Origin: Deltaproteobacteria bacterium
GTDB lineage: Bacteria > Myxococcota_A > Polyangia > Fen-1088
Length of the DNA stretch: 64,000 nt
Assembly (NCBI GenBank): GCA_033763315.1
Contig: JANRKS010000040.1
Coordinates: forward strand, 235,631-299,630
Direction of reading: 5' to 3'
Shown here: one piece after another, positions 49,834 to 59,419 of the stretch
Numbering within the stretch: position 1 is the first letter of the stretch
How the letters are laid out: every line of letters begins with the position of its first letter
Made by a program: the position numbers and the translations under genes
Notes under the pieces: generated by a model
Database searches by the model: none
Told to the model about the DNA's origin: nothing
What the model saw: only the letters and a program-made list of their open reading frames with translations

Positions 49834-51512
49834 GGTGACTCTCCGATCTCACGCAGTGTTGTGCTGCCAGCGAACTCAACCAACGTCGCTGCCAAGTCGC
49901 CCCGGTGTGCATCAAGAGACTTCTGCAAAGCCTCAAGCGCGCAAGCGTCCGCTTCAACTTCGTGCCTTCCAAACCCATACCGGAACACGTGCTTGATCAA
50001 ACAGGCCCGCGCCTCGGGCATGGTTGCAAGCTTACGACCCAACTCGACGCCGCCCGTAAACTCGGGAGATGAGGCGCCTTCAAGATGCCCCTTTGCACTC
50101 AAAGGCGTACCGAGTTCGTCCTTCTCTCTGTACCCCCCTACGAGGTCGTAGCGTTCAAGCCCAAAACCTGTGGCATCAAGCCGTCGATGGCACTCCACAC
50201 ATCCGGCTTTGCCGTGCTCTTCCAAGATCTGACGCACGGTTTTCCCTGCTCGATCCTCGGGTGCGGGAGGAACACCCACGGGAGGGGGCGGCAGTGGGTC
50301 GCAAAGAAGCACGTCACGAACAAACGCACCACGCGCGATCGGCGCCGTGATTTCTGTGTGTCCCGTCATGGTGAGCACACTGCCATGGGTCAAGATTCCG
50401 CCGCGGTTGTCGCGATCTTGCAAGTCAACGCGCTCCCAACCAGCGCGGGGCGCGGGCAGCCCATAGTGCTTCGCAAGCACCGCATTGACGAACGTGAAAG
50501 GCGCATCGAAAAGGCGCGTAAAGGCGGGGCTGTTTCCAAATATGAGTTCCTCAAGCACGCGACGAGTCTCCTCGGCCATGGCCTCGCGCAAGCCTTGGCC
50601 CCATAGCGGGTACGTCGTTGCATCACGCGTTTCGGTCTCAAGGTCCGCCAGGCGCATCATCTGCCCCGTGAACCGCGCCATGCCCTCGCGCGCCCGCGGA
50701 TCAGCCAACATTGCGCGGGCGACGGTCTTGGCCCCTTCTGCATCTTCGAGCCGTCCCCGCTCCGCCTCGGCCAGCAGGTCGACCGATGGGGTCGTTCCCC
50801 AAAGCAGATACGACAATCTGGTGGCAAGCTCATATCCAGTTAGCTGACGCTTGCCGTCCTTCGTTGCCGTTCCAATTTCAACGCGATAGAGAAACCAGGG
50901 CGACTGAAGGAAGGTTGAGATTACGAGACGGAAGGCGGCCAGCGGGTCCGGATCGTTCTCTGCCAAACCTGCAAGGGTGCTGTAGGCCGCTTTTTCAGCG
51001 TCATCAAGCGGCCTGCGAAACGCTCGTCGACCAAAGCCGGCGATGGTGGCTTCAAGGCAGCCCCGTCGCGCAGCGCCGGTGACTTCGCAGCCGAGTAGAG
51101 CTGGCTTGGTGGCTCCCGCTGGCAGGGCACGTTCAGCAATCTCCGAGCTCACCTTGGCATAGAAAGAAAGGTGAGAGGTGGACAGGGCCAAGGTGGCCCG
51201 GTTGTTGTCGAAGCCATCAAGACGGCTGTCGCGAGGCGCGTCTGCCGTTAACGCGGGCTCGATCCCCGTTAAGTCGCGGACGGTCCGCACGTACTCCACT
51301 TGCGATAGCCGCCGCAGATACGCCGGCCCCGGCGCAATCGTGCACTGGCTGGGATCGGGCTGCGACGGCGATCCATCTGCGCCCCCTCGGCCACCGCTCG
51401 ACGCCCCCCCTGCACCGCCGTCGCCGCCTGCGCTTACCCCGCCGGAGACGCTCCCGGTGCAGGCCGCGACGGCCACCAGCAACCCAACATGAAATTTTCC
51501 TGGTGTGAGCAT
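49830..51512 (-). CDS. DUF1592/DUF1588-family heme c lipoprotein, copy 4
   Basis: Lipobox VAAC, RRLSQVEYVRTVRDL, AFRRPL, SPWFLYR, ATRLSYLLW and CVECH; AGGAGG RBS. Confidence 0.9.
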   Translation of the reverse strand: MLTPGKFHVGLLVAVAACTGSVSGGVSAGGDGGAGGASSGGRGGADGSPSQPDPSQCTIAPGPAYLRRLSQVEYVRTVRDLTGIEPALTADAPRDSRLDGFDNNRATLALSTSHLSFYAKVSSEIAERALPAGATKPALLGCEVTGAARRGCLEATIAGFGRRAFRRPLDDAEKAAYSTLAGLAENDPDPLAAFRLVISTFLQSPWFLYRVEIGTATKDGKRQLTGYELATRLSYLLWGTTPSVDLLAEAERGRLEDAEGAKTVARAMLADPRAREGMARFTGQMMRLADLETETRDATTYPLWGQGLREAMAEETRRVLEELIFGNSPAFTRLFDAPFTFVNAVLAKHYGLPAPRAGWERVDLQDRDNRGGILTHGSVLTMTGHTEITAPIARGAFVRDVLLCDPLPPPPVGVPPAPEDRAGKTVRQILEEHGKAGCVECHRRLDATGFGLERYDLVGGYREKDELGTPLSAKGHLEGASSPEFTGGVELGRKLATMPEARACLIKHVFRYGFGRHEVEADACALEALQKSLDAHRGDLAATLVEFAGSTTLREIGESP

Positions 51513-51718
51513 CGTATCCTCCTGGCACCGGGCGCAATGCCGGACTCATGAGGAAGTTAGGTGGAGGCAACCGGGTCTTCGGTTGAAAAAATCGACGTGG
51601 CAAGGCCTGCCACGGCCTGTCGCTGCGGCACGCGGGGTTGAAACCTGCCAGTTCCAGTACCACTTTGGCGTCAATCACGGGGCGAATTCGCCGGGCGCCA
51701 GGTGGCCTTTGCAGATCG

Positions 51719-52606
51719 CTAAAGCGCCCGCAGCGAAATCGCCGTGTGATAGCGGTGTGACTGCCCAGCGGCGAGGGTGAGCGTCCCCGAACGGTTGAGG
51801 GCGTTTGGCAGGTCGGTCCAGGGTTCAAGACAGATGTAGGGCGCTGAAGCCGAAGCGTTCCACGCCACCCAAACGGGGAAGGGTTGCAAGCTGCCCTCTA
51901 CCGACACACGCGTCGCCGTTTGAGCGGCCTCGTCGCGCACCTCCAGAGACACAGCTCCCGTATCTTTGAGGACGATGGACGAAGGCAAGTCTGCATCGCT
52001 CGCGCTGATCGTACGGGCGGCAAAGGGTTCGCTTTCGAACGTGCGCCACCCATCTGCTGAACGCACGCGTGTGCCGGCGGGCAGATCGATCAAACAAGCG
52101 GCAGAAACGGCTGGGATCCTCAAGTAGGGGTGAAAGCCAAATGCGTAAGGAAACGGCTTGTCCCCCGAATTTCGCACCACGCTTTCGATGTGCAACGTGG
52201 TGCCTTCCACGCGGTACGTGAGGCGCACTTCGAAGTCAAAAGGGAAGCCCAGCTTGAAACCGGGGTGCGGCACCACCGATGCCGTCAACGAAGATTCGGT
52301 TTGCTCCTGAATTTGCCAGTACACATTGCGTGCCCAACCGTGCGGCGGCATCGGCAACGGACGCCCCTCGTAGTCCCATGCATCAGCGGCGCTGCCATTG
52401 CTCACGCCAACGGCGGGGAACAACACGGGGTTGCCGTAACGGCGATCTGCAGGCTCAAACGGATCCATGACCGCGTGAATCGTTTCGATCCAAGCGTCGC
52501 CGTGCTTGACCTGGAAGCCAAACAGCTGAAACCCACGTTCGGGGTAGATCTGCGCCACAGCGCTGGGGGATGACAACGTGATGAGGCGCGACGCGAGAGG
52601 AAGCAT
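51719..52606 (-). CDS. Aldose 1-epimerase family protein
   Basis: GNPVLFP, HGWAR, GFHPY and CLEPW catalytic motifs. Confidence 0.85.
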   Translation of the reverse strand: MLPLASRLITLSSPSAVAQIYPERGFQLFGFQVKHGDAWIETIHAVMDPFEPADRRYGNPVLFPAVGVSNGSAADAWDYEGRPLPMPPHGWARNVYWQIQEQTESSLTASVVPHPGFKLGFPFDFEVRLTYRVEGTTLHIESVVRNSGDKPFPYAFGFHPYLRIPAVSAACLIDLPAGTRVRSADGWRTFESEPFAARTISASDADLPSSIVLKDTGAVSLEVRDEAAQTATRVSVEGSLQPFPVWVAWNASASAPYICLEPWTDLPNALNRSGTLTLAAGQSHRYHTAISLRAL

Positions 52607-52866
52607 GGCCGGTCGATCTAGGAACAATTGGGCCGGATGGCAAATCCCGTGAGGGAAAGCCCTGCAGATAGAAACCACGCTTCGCGGCGACCATCGTCAT
52701 GTTTCTGACGAGTAAATATGTAATTTAAACTTCACTACTTATTAGATGCTCGTGTCACCGCCGGCGTTAAATTGACGAATTCAGCTTCATGTGTGTGTCT
52801 TAACGCTCTTGTAGGTTGACCCGGCCCAGGGAGGGTGCCTAAAAGTGGGTTAAGGAGACTTCGGTA

Positions 52867-53388
52867 ATGACCGCACGCACAATACTAGCCTTGATATTTT
52901 GTTCCCTCACCTTCGCCGCCACGAGCTGTGGATCCGCGGATGACGAAACGCCCTCAGGTGGCGATCCACAACTAAGCGTCGTCGAACAGGCGGTGCAATC
53001 GGTGGCAGCCAAGACCGTTAAGGTGCCGAAGCCACCCAAGGTGAAGTGCGAGCCTGGGGCGAAGCCTAAGCCCCCGCTGAAGGCAGGCGCCCCCTGCGGC
53101 GTCTGCGGGCAGACGATTCAGTGCGACGGCAGCTGCGGCGGCGTCGGCGTGCCAGCCGAATATGGCCAAGAGTGCGGCTGCGGCAACACGTGGCAGTGCA
53201 ACGGCACTTGTGGGGGCGGTCCAGCCATTCCCGCGCAGTACGGCCAAGACTGTGGCTGCGGCAACACCGTGCAGTGCGGCGGCCAATGCTCTGGTGGTCA
53301 AGCGATTCCCGCCGAATACGGCCAGCCATGCGGCTGCGGCGGCACCGTGCAGTGCAGCGGCACGTGCTCGATTCCTTGCCCTGTTTGA
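52867..53388 (+). CDS. Lipoprotein with tandem 26-aa Cys repeats
   Basis: AAGGAG RBS, lipobox AATSC and three PAxYGQxCGCGxTxQCxGxC repeats. Confidence 0.8.
   Translation: MTARTILALIFCSLTFAATSCGSADDETPSGGDPQLSVVEQAVQSVAAKTVKVPKPPKVKCEPGAKPKPPLKAGAPCGVCGQTIQCDGSCGGVGVPAEYGQECGCGNTWQCNGTCGGGPAIPAQYGQDCGCGNTVQCGGQCSGGQAIPAEYGQPCGCGGTVQCSGTCSIPCPV
53152..53370 (+). repeat. 78-bp coding tandem repeat x3
   Basis: Units start at 53152, 53230 and 53308. Confidence 0.85.
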
Positions 53389-53577
53389 TCCCAGACAACC
53401 CACCGGGCGCTGCGTTCACTCGCACGCGCCCGGTCGTTTGAGTTTGGGAATATCCGTGCCCACGTCCGTTCGCAACAGGTGGGCGAAAGACGCGCAGGCG
53501 TGGGGCAAAGCAAAGTGTATGCTGCGCCTCCGAAACGCGCCGGCAGTGGAGCCCGCGCAACAAACGGATTCCCGATT

Positions 53578-56500
53578 ATGCGAACTGCGGCGCTTCGAGC
53601 TTTAGGGTTAAGTTGCTTGTGCTTGGCCCTGTGGGCCTGTACCGACGACACATCAAAGCGCAAACTGGACGCAGGGGACAACGCCAGTGGTGGCGACAAT
53701 CCGGATGCTTTGCCAGTGCAATGCTCGAACAACGTGCCTTGCCCCCCGAGCGGCAACGCTTGTGTGGTGGCCACGTGCAACAACGGCGTGTGCCAGGACG
53801 TCCCTGCTGCCGAAGGCACCGCGTGCGACGATCAACTCGGCTGCACAGAGGCGGACGCGTGCCACGCAGGCAAATGCGAAGGCAAAGCCCGCGTGTGCGA
53901 CGATGGGCTCACCTGTTCCAAAGACAGCTGCGACGAGGCCATGGGCGGCTGCGTGGCCGACGTCACGACGTGTGCGTGCAACAAAGACGCCGACTGTGAC
54001 GACAAGAACGCGTGCACCGGTGTGGAAACGTGCGATCCCATTGCCCGCACGTGTTTAAACGGCACGAAGGTCAGCTGCGCGACACTGGACAACGCCTGCA
54101 ACGTGGGCATGTGCAACCCCACCAATGGCACGTGTACAGCCAAACCCAAGCCCTCAGGAACGGTGTGCAGCGACGGCAACGCATGCACGCAAAATGACAT
54201 CTGCACTGAAGGCACGTGTGGCGGGACGGCGATCACATGCGGCGCCATGGATCAATGCCACACCGCGGGCGTTTGCGATCCGTCAAGCGGCCAGTGTTCA
54301 AACCCAAGCAAACCCAATGGAACCACCTGTGAAGATGGCAATATGTGTACAAGGGGCGACGCATGCACAGAGGGCACATGCGCGGCGGGCACGCCCACAA
54401 CGTGTACCGCGTCGGGGGAATGTCGCACGGCCGGTATGTGTGATCCAGCCACAGGCGTGTGCTCGAACCCCTTGGCGGCGGACGGCACAACCTGCAACGA
54501 TGGCAGCGCTTGTACCAGCGCCGATACGTGCGCGGCCGGCGTTTGCAAAGGCGCCGCGATCACGTGCGACGATGGCGTGGCTTGCACGATCGATTCGTGT
54601 TCTGAAACGGCTGGCTGCACGAAGGATGTGCGGCTGTGTGGCTGCCAGAAGAACAGCGATTGCGATGACGGCAACGCATGCAACGGCGCCGAGACGTGCA
54701 ACGTCCAAACGTTGACGTGCGTTGCGGGCGCGGCAAAGGATTGCAGTGGATTGACCAATGCCTGCAACGTAGGCGTGTGCAATGCCACGAGCGGCGCTTG
54801 CGAGGCCAAGCCTCGTCAAAACGGAACGACTTGCAGCGATGGCACGGCGTGCACGCGCGTCGACACATGCGTGGATGGGCAGTGCAGGGGGCAAAACCCA
54901 GTGGTGTGCACGGCGAGCGACCAGTGCCACGTGGCGGGCAGCTGTGATCCACAGACGGGCGCCTGCTCCAACCCGCCGAAGCCCAATGGCGCCACCTGCA
55001 ACGATGGCAACGCCTGCACACAAACAGACGCCTGCCAAAACGGCAGTTGCACGGGCGGCAACCCGATCACCTGCACAGCAGCTTCACAGTGCCACAACGT
55101 GGGAACGTGCAACCCACAAACTGGAACATGCTCGACGCCCACCAAAGCAAACGGAACCACGTGCAACGATGGCAATACGTGCACGCAAACCGATTCGTGC
55201 CAAAGCGGCCTGTGTGGCGGCGGCAATCCCATCACGTGCGTGGCCCTAGATCAATGTCACGCCGCGGGTGTGTGTGATGGCAAATCCGGCACTTGCTCAA
55301 ACCCGGCCAAAGCCAACGGCACCACGTGCAACGACGGCAACGCTTGCACACAGGCCGACACGTGCCAAACGGGCGCTTGCCAAGGTGCCAACCCAGTTGT
55401 GTGTACCGCCCAGGATAGCTGCCACGACGTGGGCGTGTGCGATCCGGCCAAGGGCACATGTTCAACCCCCGCCAAGGCGGACGGCACCACGTGCAACGAT
55501 GGCAACGCCTGCACGCGCGCCGACGTGTGCAGTGGCGGCAGTTGCAAGGGAGGCAACCCGGTGGTGTGCGTGGCCCAAGATCAATGCCACGTGGCGGGCG
55601 CATGCGATGCCACCACGGGGACGTGCAGCAACCCCGCGGCTGCCGATGGCACCACATGCAACGATGGCCTGGTTTGCACAAGCGCCGACAAGTGCAACCA
55701 AGGCACTTGCACGGGTGCCGCTGTTGTATGCAACGACGGCATTGCGTGCACCGCCGATGCGTGCGTGGAGGCACAAGGCGGCTGCACGGTTGATAAATCA
55801 ACGTGTGGTTGCACCAAAGACGCCGACTGCAACGACGGCAACGCGTGCAACGGCGTGGAGACATGCAACCAACAAACGCTTTCGTGCAACAAAGGCGTGG
55901 CTGTGAACTGCCAGCAGCTCGACAACGTGTGCAACGTTGGCACGTGCGTCCCCACCACCGGAGCGTGCGTGGCCACGCCGCGGGCCGACGGCACAACGTG
56001 CAACGACAACAACGCCTGCACACAAACGGATTCATGCCAAAAGGGCACATGCACAGGGAGCAACCCGATCACCTGCGCCACCCCTGATCAATGCCACACC
56101 GCGGGTACCTGCAACCCAAGCACCGGCGTCTGTTCAAACCCTGTGAAGCCCAATGGATCAACGTGCAACGATGGCAACGCCTGCACGCAAACAGACACCT
56201 GCCAAAGCGGCACCTGCACGGGTGCAAACCCGCTTGTGTGTAGAGCCATCGATCAGTGCCACCTGGCGGGCGTATGCGACACCAGCAAGGGCACATGCTC
56301 ACAGCCGCAAGCGCCCAACGGCACCAAATGCAACGACGGCAACGCCTGCACACAAACAGACACGTGCCAAGCGGGTGCGTGCGCGGGGGGCAACCCAATC
56401 AATTGCACCGCGCTGGATCAGTGCCACAGCGCGGGCACGTGTGATCCACAAACAGGATCGTGTTCCAACCCCGAGCTGCCGGCAGGCACCAAATGTGATG

Positions 56501-58320
56501 ACAAGAACGCGTGCACGGGCGGGGACGTTTGCCAGCGCGGCGTGTGCACGCCCGCCACCACGATGACCTGCACGCCGCTGCGCGAATGTTTTGATGCAGG
56601 CGTTTGTGATCCTGCCAAGGGCACATGCTCGAACCCGACCAAACCCGATGGCACCGCGTGCAACGACAGCAACGGCTGCACGCTGTCTGACAAATGCGCC
56701 GCCGGCACATGTGGTGGAACGGCTGTCAGTTGCACCTCACCGCCCGTTTGTCAGCAAGGCGGCATGTGTGTGGGCAACGGCGCGTGCGCGTACCAGAACG
56801 TGCCCGACCAAACCAATTGTGACGATGGCCAGGGCTGCACGCTTGCCGACGCCTGTGCGTCGGGCAAATGCACAGGCGTCCGTCGCAGCAACAAATCTGG
56901 CGATTGGAACACCACGCCTGTCACTGACAAGGGCATGGTGACGTCCGTCAACATCGACAACTTCAGCAAGGGCGCCTTGGTGGCGGGCAGCTTCCTGGGC
57001 AGCGTGAGCTTTGGTAATTTCACCGTCACCGCCGTTCGCAGCACAGGCGCATATGTGGCGTTCTACACCACCGACAAAACCGTCGTGACCGCGCAGATGG
57101 TGATGCAAGCCACGACTTCGTTGGTGGTCTCGGACATCACGGTCCACGCGGACGGCAGTTTCGTATTGGTGGGCGCGGTCGCGGGCGCGGTGGGATTCCC
57201 AAGCAACGCCAAACTGAACTTCACCGCAGAGGGCACCGAATGGTTTGTGGCCGGATTTAGCCGCGATTTTGCGGCTCGGTGGGTGAGGCGCGGTTTGCGC
57301 GGCAACGGCGTGGCGGTGGCGGCAGACGCGTACGCCAACCGCAGCGTGATGGTGGTGGGTACGTGCGATAAGCCGTTGGCATTCGACGGCGGCAGCGGCA
57401 AAACCGTCGCGCTCAACAACGCTGGCACCGTGGCGGCGCTTTACGATGACGACGGATTCTTGAAAGCGGCCTCCGTGGTCGCGACGCAGGGGCTTGCGGG
57501 GCTGAAGGTGGCCGTATCCGCGCAGACCGATCTCGCGGCCGTTCAAGGCACGGGGGCGGGAGAGCTTGTGATCGGAGGCGACGACGGGTTTGCCAGCCTC
57601 GGCGGCAAAGATGTCTTTGTGTTCGCCTTAACGCCCGATCTACGCACGCTGTGGGCGCGGCAAATGGCGACCTCGCTCGACGATGAAACGGGGGGGGTGG
57701 CCGCCTACCCAGGCAAAACAGGCGTTTTCGTGAGCTTCTTCAGTGCCGCAGGTCCCAAGGCCAGCATCCGTGGCCGCAACCTGGGCACCACAGCCTTGCA
57801 TGGTTTCGATGGCCGTAACCTGCAAGGGCACGTGGTGACGTTCAACAAAGAAGGCACACCCATCAATGCGGCCCTCATCGCCAACAAGAGTGGCTTGGCC
57901 GTGCGGGCATGGGACGTACGGGCGCAAGCGCAGGACGCTCGATTTACCGTCGTGGGAACATTCAACCTATCCGCGGATGTGTACGGGGTGGCGGGTTTTG
58001 GCGACGGCCCACCCACCAGCAACCCAGACCGCGCGATCAGCCACAACGCCGACGGCAACAGCCTGTTCGCGGCCCGCTTTGATAGCGACGCCGTCAAAAA
58101 CACTTGGGCGATCAACCTGCGGGGCACCAACGCAGGCGTGGGCGCCAATGGCAACGACGTGACTGTGACCGTGCACCCCGACCTATCGGCCACCGCGACG
58201 GGAATGTTCGTGAACAACGCGACCTTTGGCGATCAGGTGCAAGATGCCCTGCTGGCCGGGCAAGGCACGGCTTTCCTCTCCCATTTTAACGCCGCCGCGG
58301 AATACGACTACTGCCAGTGA
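53578..58320 (+). CDS. Giant Cys-repeat lipoprotein with a C-terminal beta-propeller-like domain
   Basis: Lipobox LWAC; 55-aa/8-Cys CxDGNACT..D.C repeats; Cys-poor ~480-aa C-terminus (AGSFLGSVSFG, GGKDVFV, GMFVNNATFG). Confidence 0.85.
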   Translation: MRTAALRALGLSCLCLALWACTDDTSKRKLDAGDNASGGDNPDALPVQCSNNVPCPPSGNACVVATCNNGVCQDVPAAEGTACDDQLGCTEADACHAGKCEGKARVCDDGLTCSKDSCDEAMGGCVADVTTCACNKDADCDDKNACTGVETCDPIARTCLNGTKVSCATLDNACNVGMCNPTNGTCTAKPKPSGTVCSDGNACTQNDICTEGTCGGTAITCGAMDQCHTAGVCDPSSGQCSNPSKPNGTTCEDGNMCTRGDACTEGTCAAGTPTTCTASGECRTAGMCDPATGVCSNPLAADGTTCNDGSACTSADTCAAGVCKGAAITCDDGVACTIDSCSETAGCTKDVRLCGCQKNSDCDDGNACNGAETCNVQTLTCVAGAAKDCSGLTNACNVGVCNATSGACEAKPRQNGTTCSDGTACTRVDTCVDGQCRGQNPVVCTASDQCHVAGSCDPQTGACSNPPKPNGATCNDGNACTQTDACQNGSCTGGNPITCTAASQCHNVGTCNPQTGTCSTPTKANGTTCNDGNTCTQTDSCQSGLCGGGNPITCVALDQCHAAGVCDGKSGTCSNPAKANGTTCNDGNACTQADTCQTGACQGANPVVCTAQDSCHDVGVCDPAKGTCSTPAKADGTTCNDGNACTRADVCSGGSCKGGNPVVCVAQDQCHVAGACDATTGTCSNPAAADGTTCNDGLVCTSADKCNQGTCTGAAVVCNDGIACTADACVEAQGGCTVDKSTCGCTKDADCNDGNACNGVETCNQQTLSCNKGVAVNCQQLDNVCNVGTCVPTTGACVATPRADGTTCNDNNACTQTDSCQKGTCTGSNPITCATPDQCHTAGTCNPSTGVCSNPVKPNGSTCNDGNACTQTDTCQSGTCTGANPLVCRAIDQCHLAGVCDTSKGTCSQPQAPNGTKCNDGNACTQTDTCQAGACAGGNPINCTALDQCHSAGTCDPQTGSCSNPELPAGTKCDDKNACTGGDVCQRGVCTPATTMTCTPLRECFDAGVCDPAKGTCSNPTKPDGTACNDSNGCTLSDKCAAGTCGGTAVSCTSPPVCQQGGMCVGNGACAYQNVPDQTNCDDGQGCTLADACASGKCTGVRRSNKSGDWNTTPVTDKGMVTSVNIDNFSKGALVAGSFLGSVSFGNFTVTAVRSTGAYVAFYTTDKTVVTAQMVMQATTSLVVSDITVHADGSFVLVGAVAGAVGFPSNAKLNFTAEGTEWFVAGFSRDFAARWVRRGLRGNGVAVAADAYANRSVMVVGTCDKPLAFDGGSGKTVALNNAGTVAALYDDDGFLKAASVVATQGLAGLKVAVSAQTDLAAVQGTGAGELVIGGDDGFASLGGKDVFVFALTPDLRTLWARQMATSLDDETGGVAAYPGKTGVFVSFFSAAGPKASIRGRNLGTTALHGFDGRNLQGHVVTFNKEGTPINAALIANKSGLAVRAWDVRAQAQDARFTVVGTFNLSADVYGVAGFGDGPPTSNPDRAISHNADGNSLFAARFDSDAVKNTWAINLRGTNAGVGANGNDVTVTVHPDLSATATGMFVNNATFGDQVQDALLAGQGTAFLSHFNAAAEYDYCQ

Positions 58321-58396
58321 ATGATGGCCTGGCCACCGGGGGCGAAAACAGCCCCCAAGCGGGCCCACATTCCGCTATCATGCCGCCCCCACCCTC

Positions 58397-59275
58397 ATGA
58401 AAATCTCGGAACTCTTTAGCTCTAACCGCCGGTTGTATTCGTTCGAATTCTTCCCTCCGAAAACCGATGCGGGGGAAGCCGCGCTGGAAAAGGCCATCAG
58501 CGAACTGGAGGATCTGCAGCCAGCGTACGTCTCGGTGACCTATGGCGCGGGCGGTTCGACCCGCGATCGCACCATCGATTTAGTTTCGCGCATCCAGGCA
58601 AAGGGCATCACGGCGATGGCGCACCTGACCTGCGTGGGCGCCAACAAAGCCGAGATCGGCGCGGTGGTTGAGCGACTGGCGGCGGCCGGTATCGATAACA
58701 TCATCGCGTTGCGCGGCGACCCTCCGGCGGGATCGGATCAATTTAAAGCCCACGAAGGCGGATTCGCCTACGCCTCAGAGTTGGCCGCGTACATTCGCCA
58801 GAACCACCCTGGCCGGTTCTGCGTCGCGGGAGCCGGCTATCCAGAAGGCCACGTTGAGTGCCGCGATCTGGATCTCGACATCATCAACCTGAAGAAAAAG
58901 GTAAATGCGGGCGCCGACTTCATCGTCAGCCAGATGTTCTTCGACAACCGGCACTATTACGAGTTTGTCGAGCGCGCCCGCAACGCAGGCATCAAGGTGC
59001 CCATCGTGCCCGGCATCATGCCGATCTTGAACGTGGGGCAGATCGAACGCTTCACCAAGATGTGTGGGGTCAACATTCCCGCAGGGCTGCACCGTGAACT
59101 TGACCGGCACCGCAACGACCCCGTGGCAGCACAACAACTGGGCACCGCGTATGCCACGGCTCAATGTGTGGATCTGCTGAAGCGCGGCGCCCCGGGCATC
59201 CACTTCTACACGCTTAACCAATCCACGGCGACGCGCATGATCCTCACGGCCCTGCGCGCCTGCGGCTTGGCCTAG
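58397..59275 (+). CDS. metF: Methylenetetrahydrofolate reductase
   Basis: SFEFFPPK, SVTYGAGGS, AHLTCV, ALRGDPP, AGYPEGH, PGIMPI and HFYTLN. Confidence 0.95.
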   Translation: MKISELFSSNRRLYSFEFFPPKTDAGEAALEKAISELEDLQPAYVSVTYGAGGSTRDRTIDLVSRIQAKGITAMAHLTCVGANKAEIGAVVERLAAAGIDNIIALRGDPPAGSDQFKAHEGGFAYASELAAYIRQNHPGRFCVAGAGYPEGHVECRDLDLDIINLKKKVNAGADFIVSQMFFDNRHYYEFVERARNAGIKVPIVPGIMPILNVGQIERFTKMCGVNIPAGLHRELDRHRNDPVAAQQLGTAYATAQCVDLLKRGAPGIHFYTLNQSTATRMILTALRACGLA

Positions 59276-59419
59276 CCCCGTCCGGCCCTCCCAGGACAAC
59301 AACTCATGCGGTGAGTCGATTGAGCCCTTGTGCCAGGACGGCCACATCCAGTGTGGTTGACACACAACTGTGACAAACCGAAGCGGTGGGGTTCAATTGG
59401 AAATCGTAGGCTGCGGTAG

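Noticed and set aside
52639-52661. GGCAAATCCC-GTGA-GGGAAAGCC, resembling the 5' half of a c-di-GMP-I riboswitch
   Set aside because: The tetraloop-capped stem is only 4 bp, the GACGCAAA segment is missing and no second helix is evident. An Infernal scan would settle it.
53700-56880. Periodic DNA repeats as a possible CRISPR array
   Set aside because: In-frame, degenerate, 165-bp coding repeats; no identical repeats with unique spacers and no cas genes.
58397-59275. Functional link between metF and the formyl/methyl-rich glycan locus
   Set aside because: Housekeeping gene ~45 kb away; no evidence of co-regulation.
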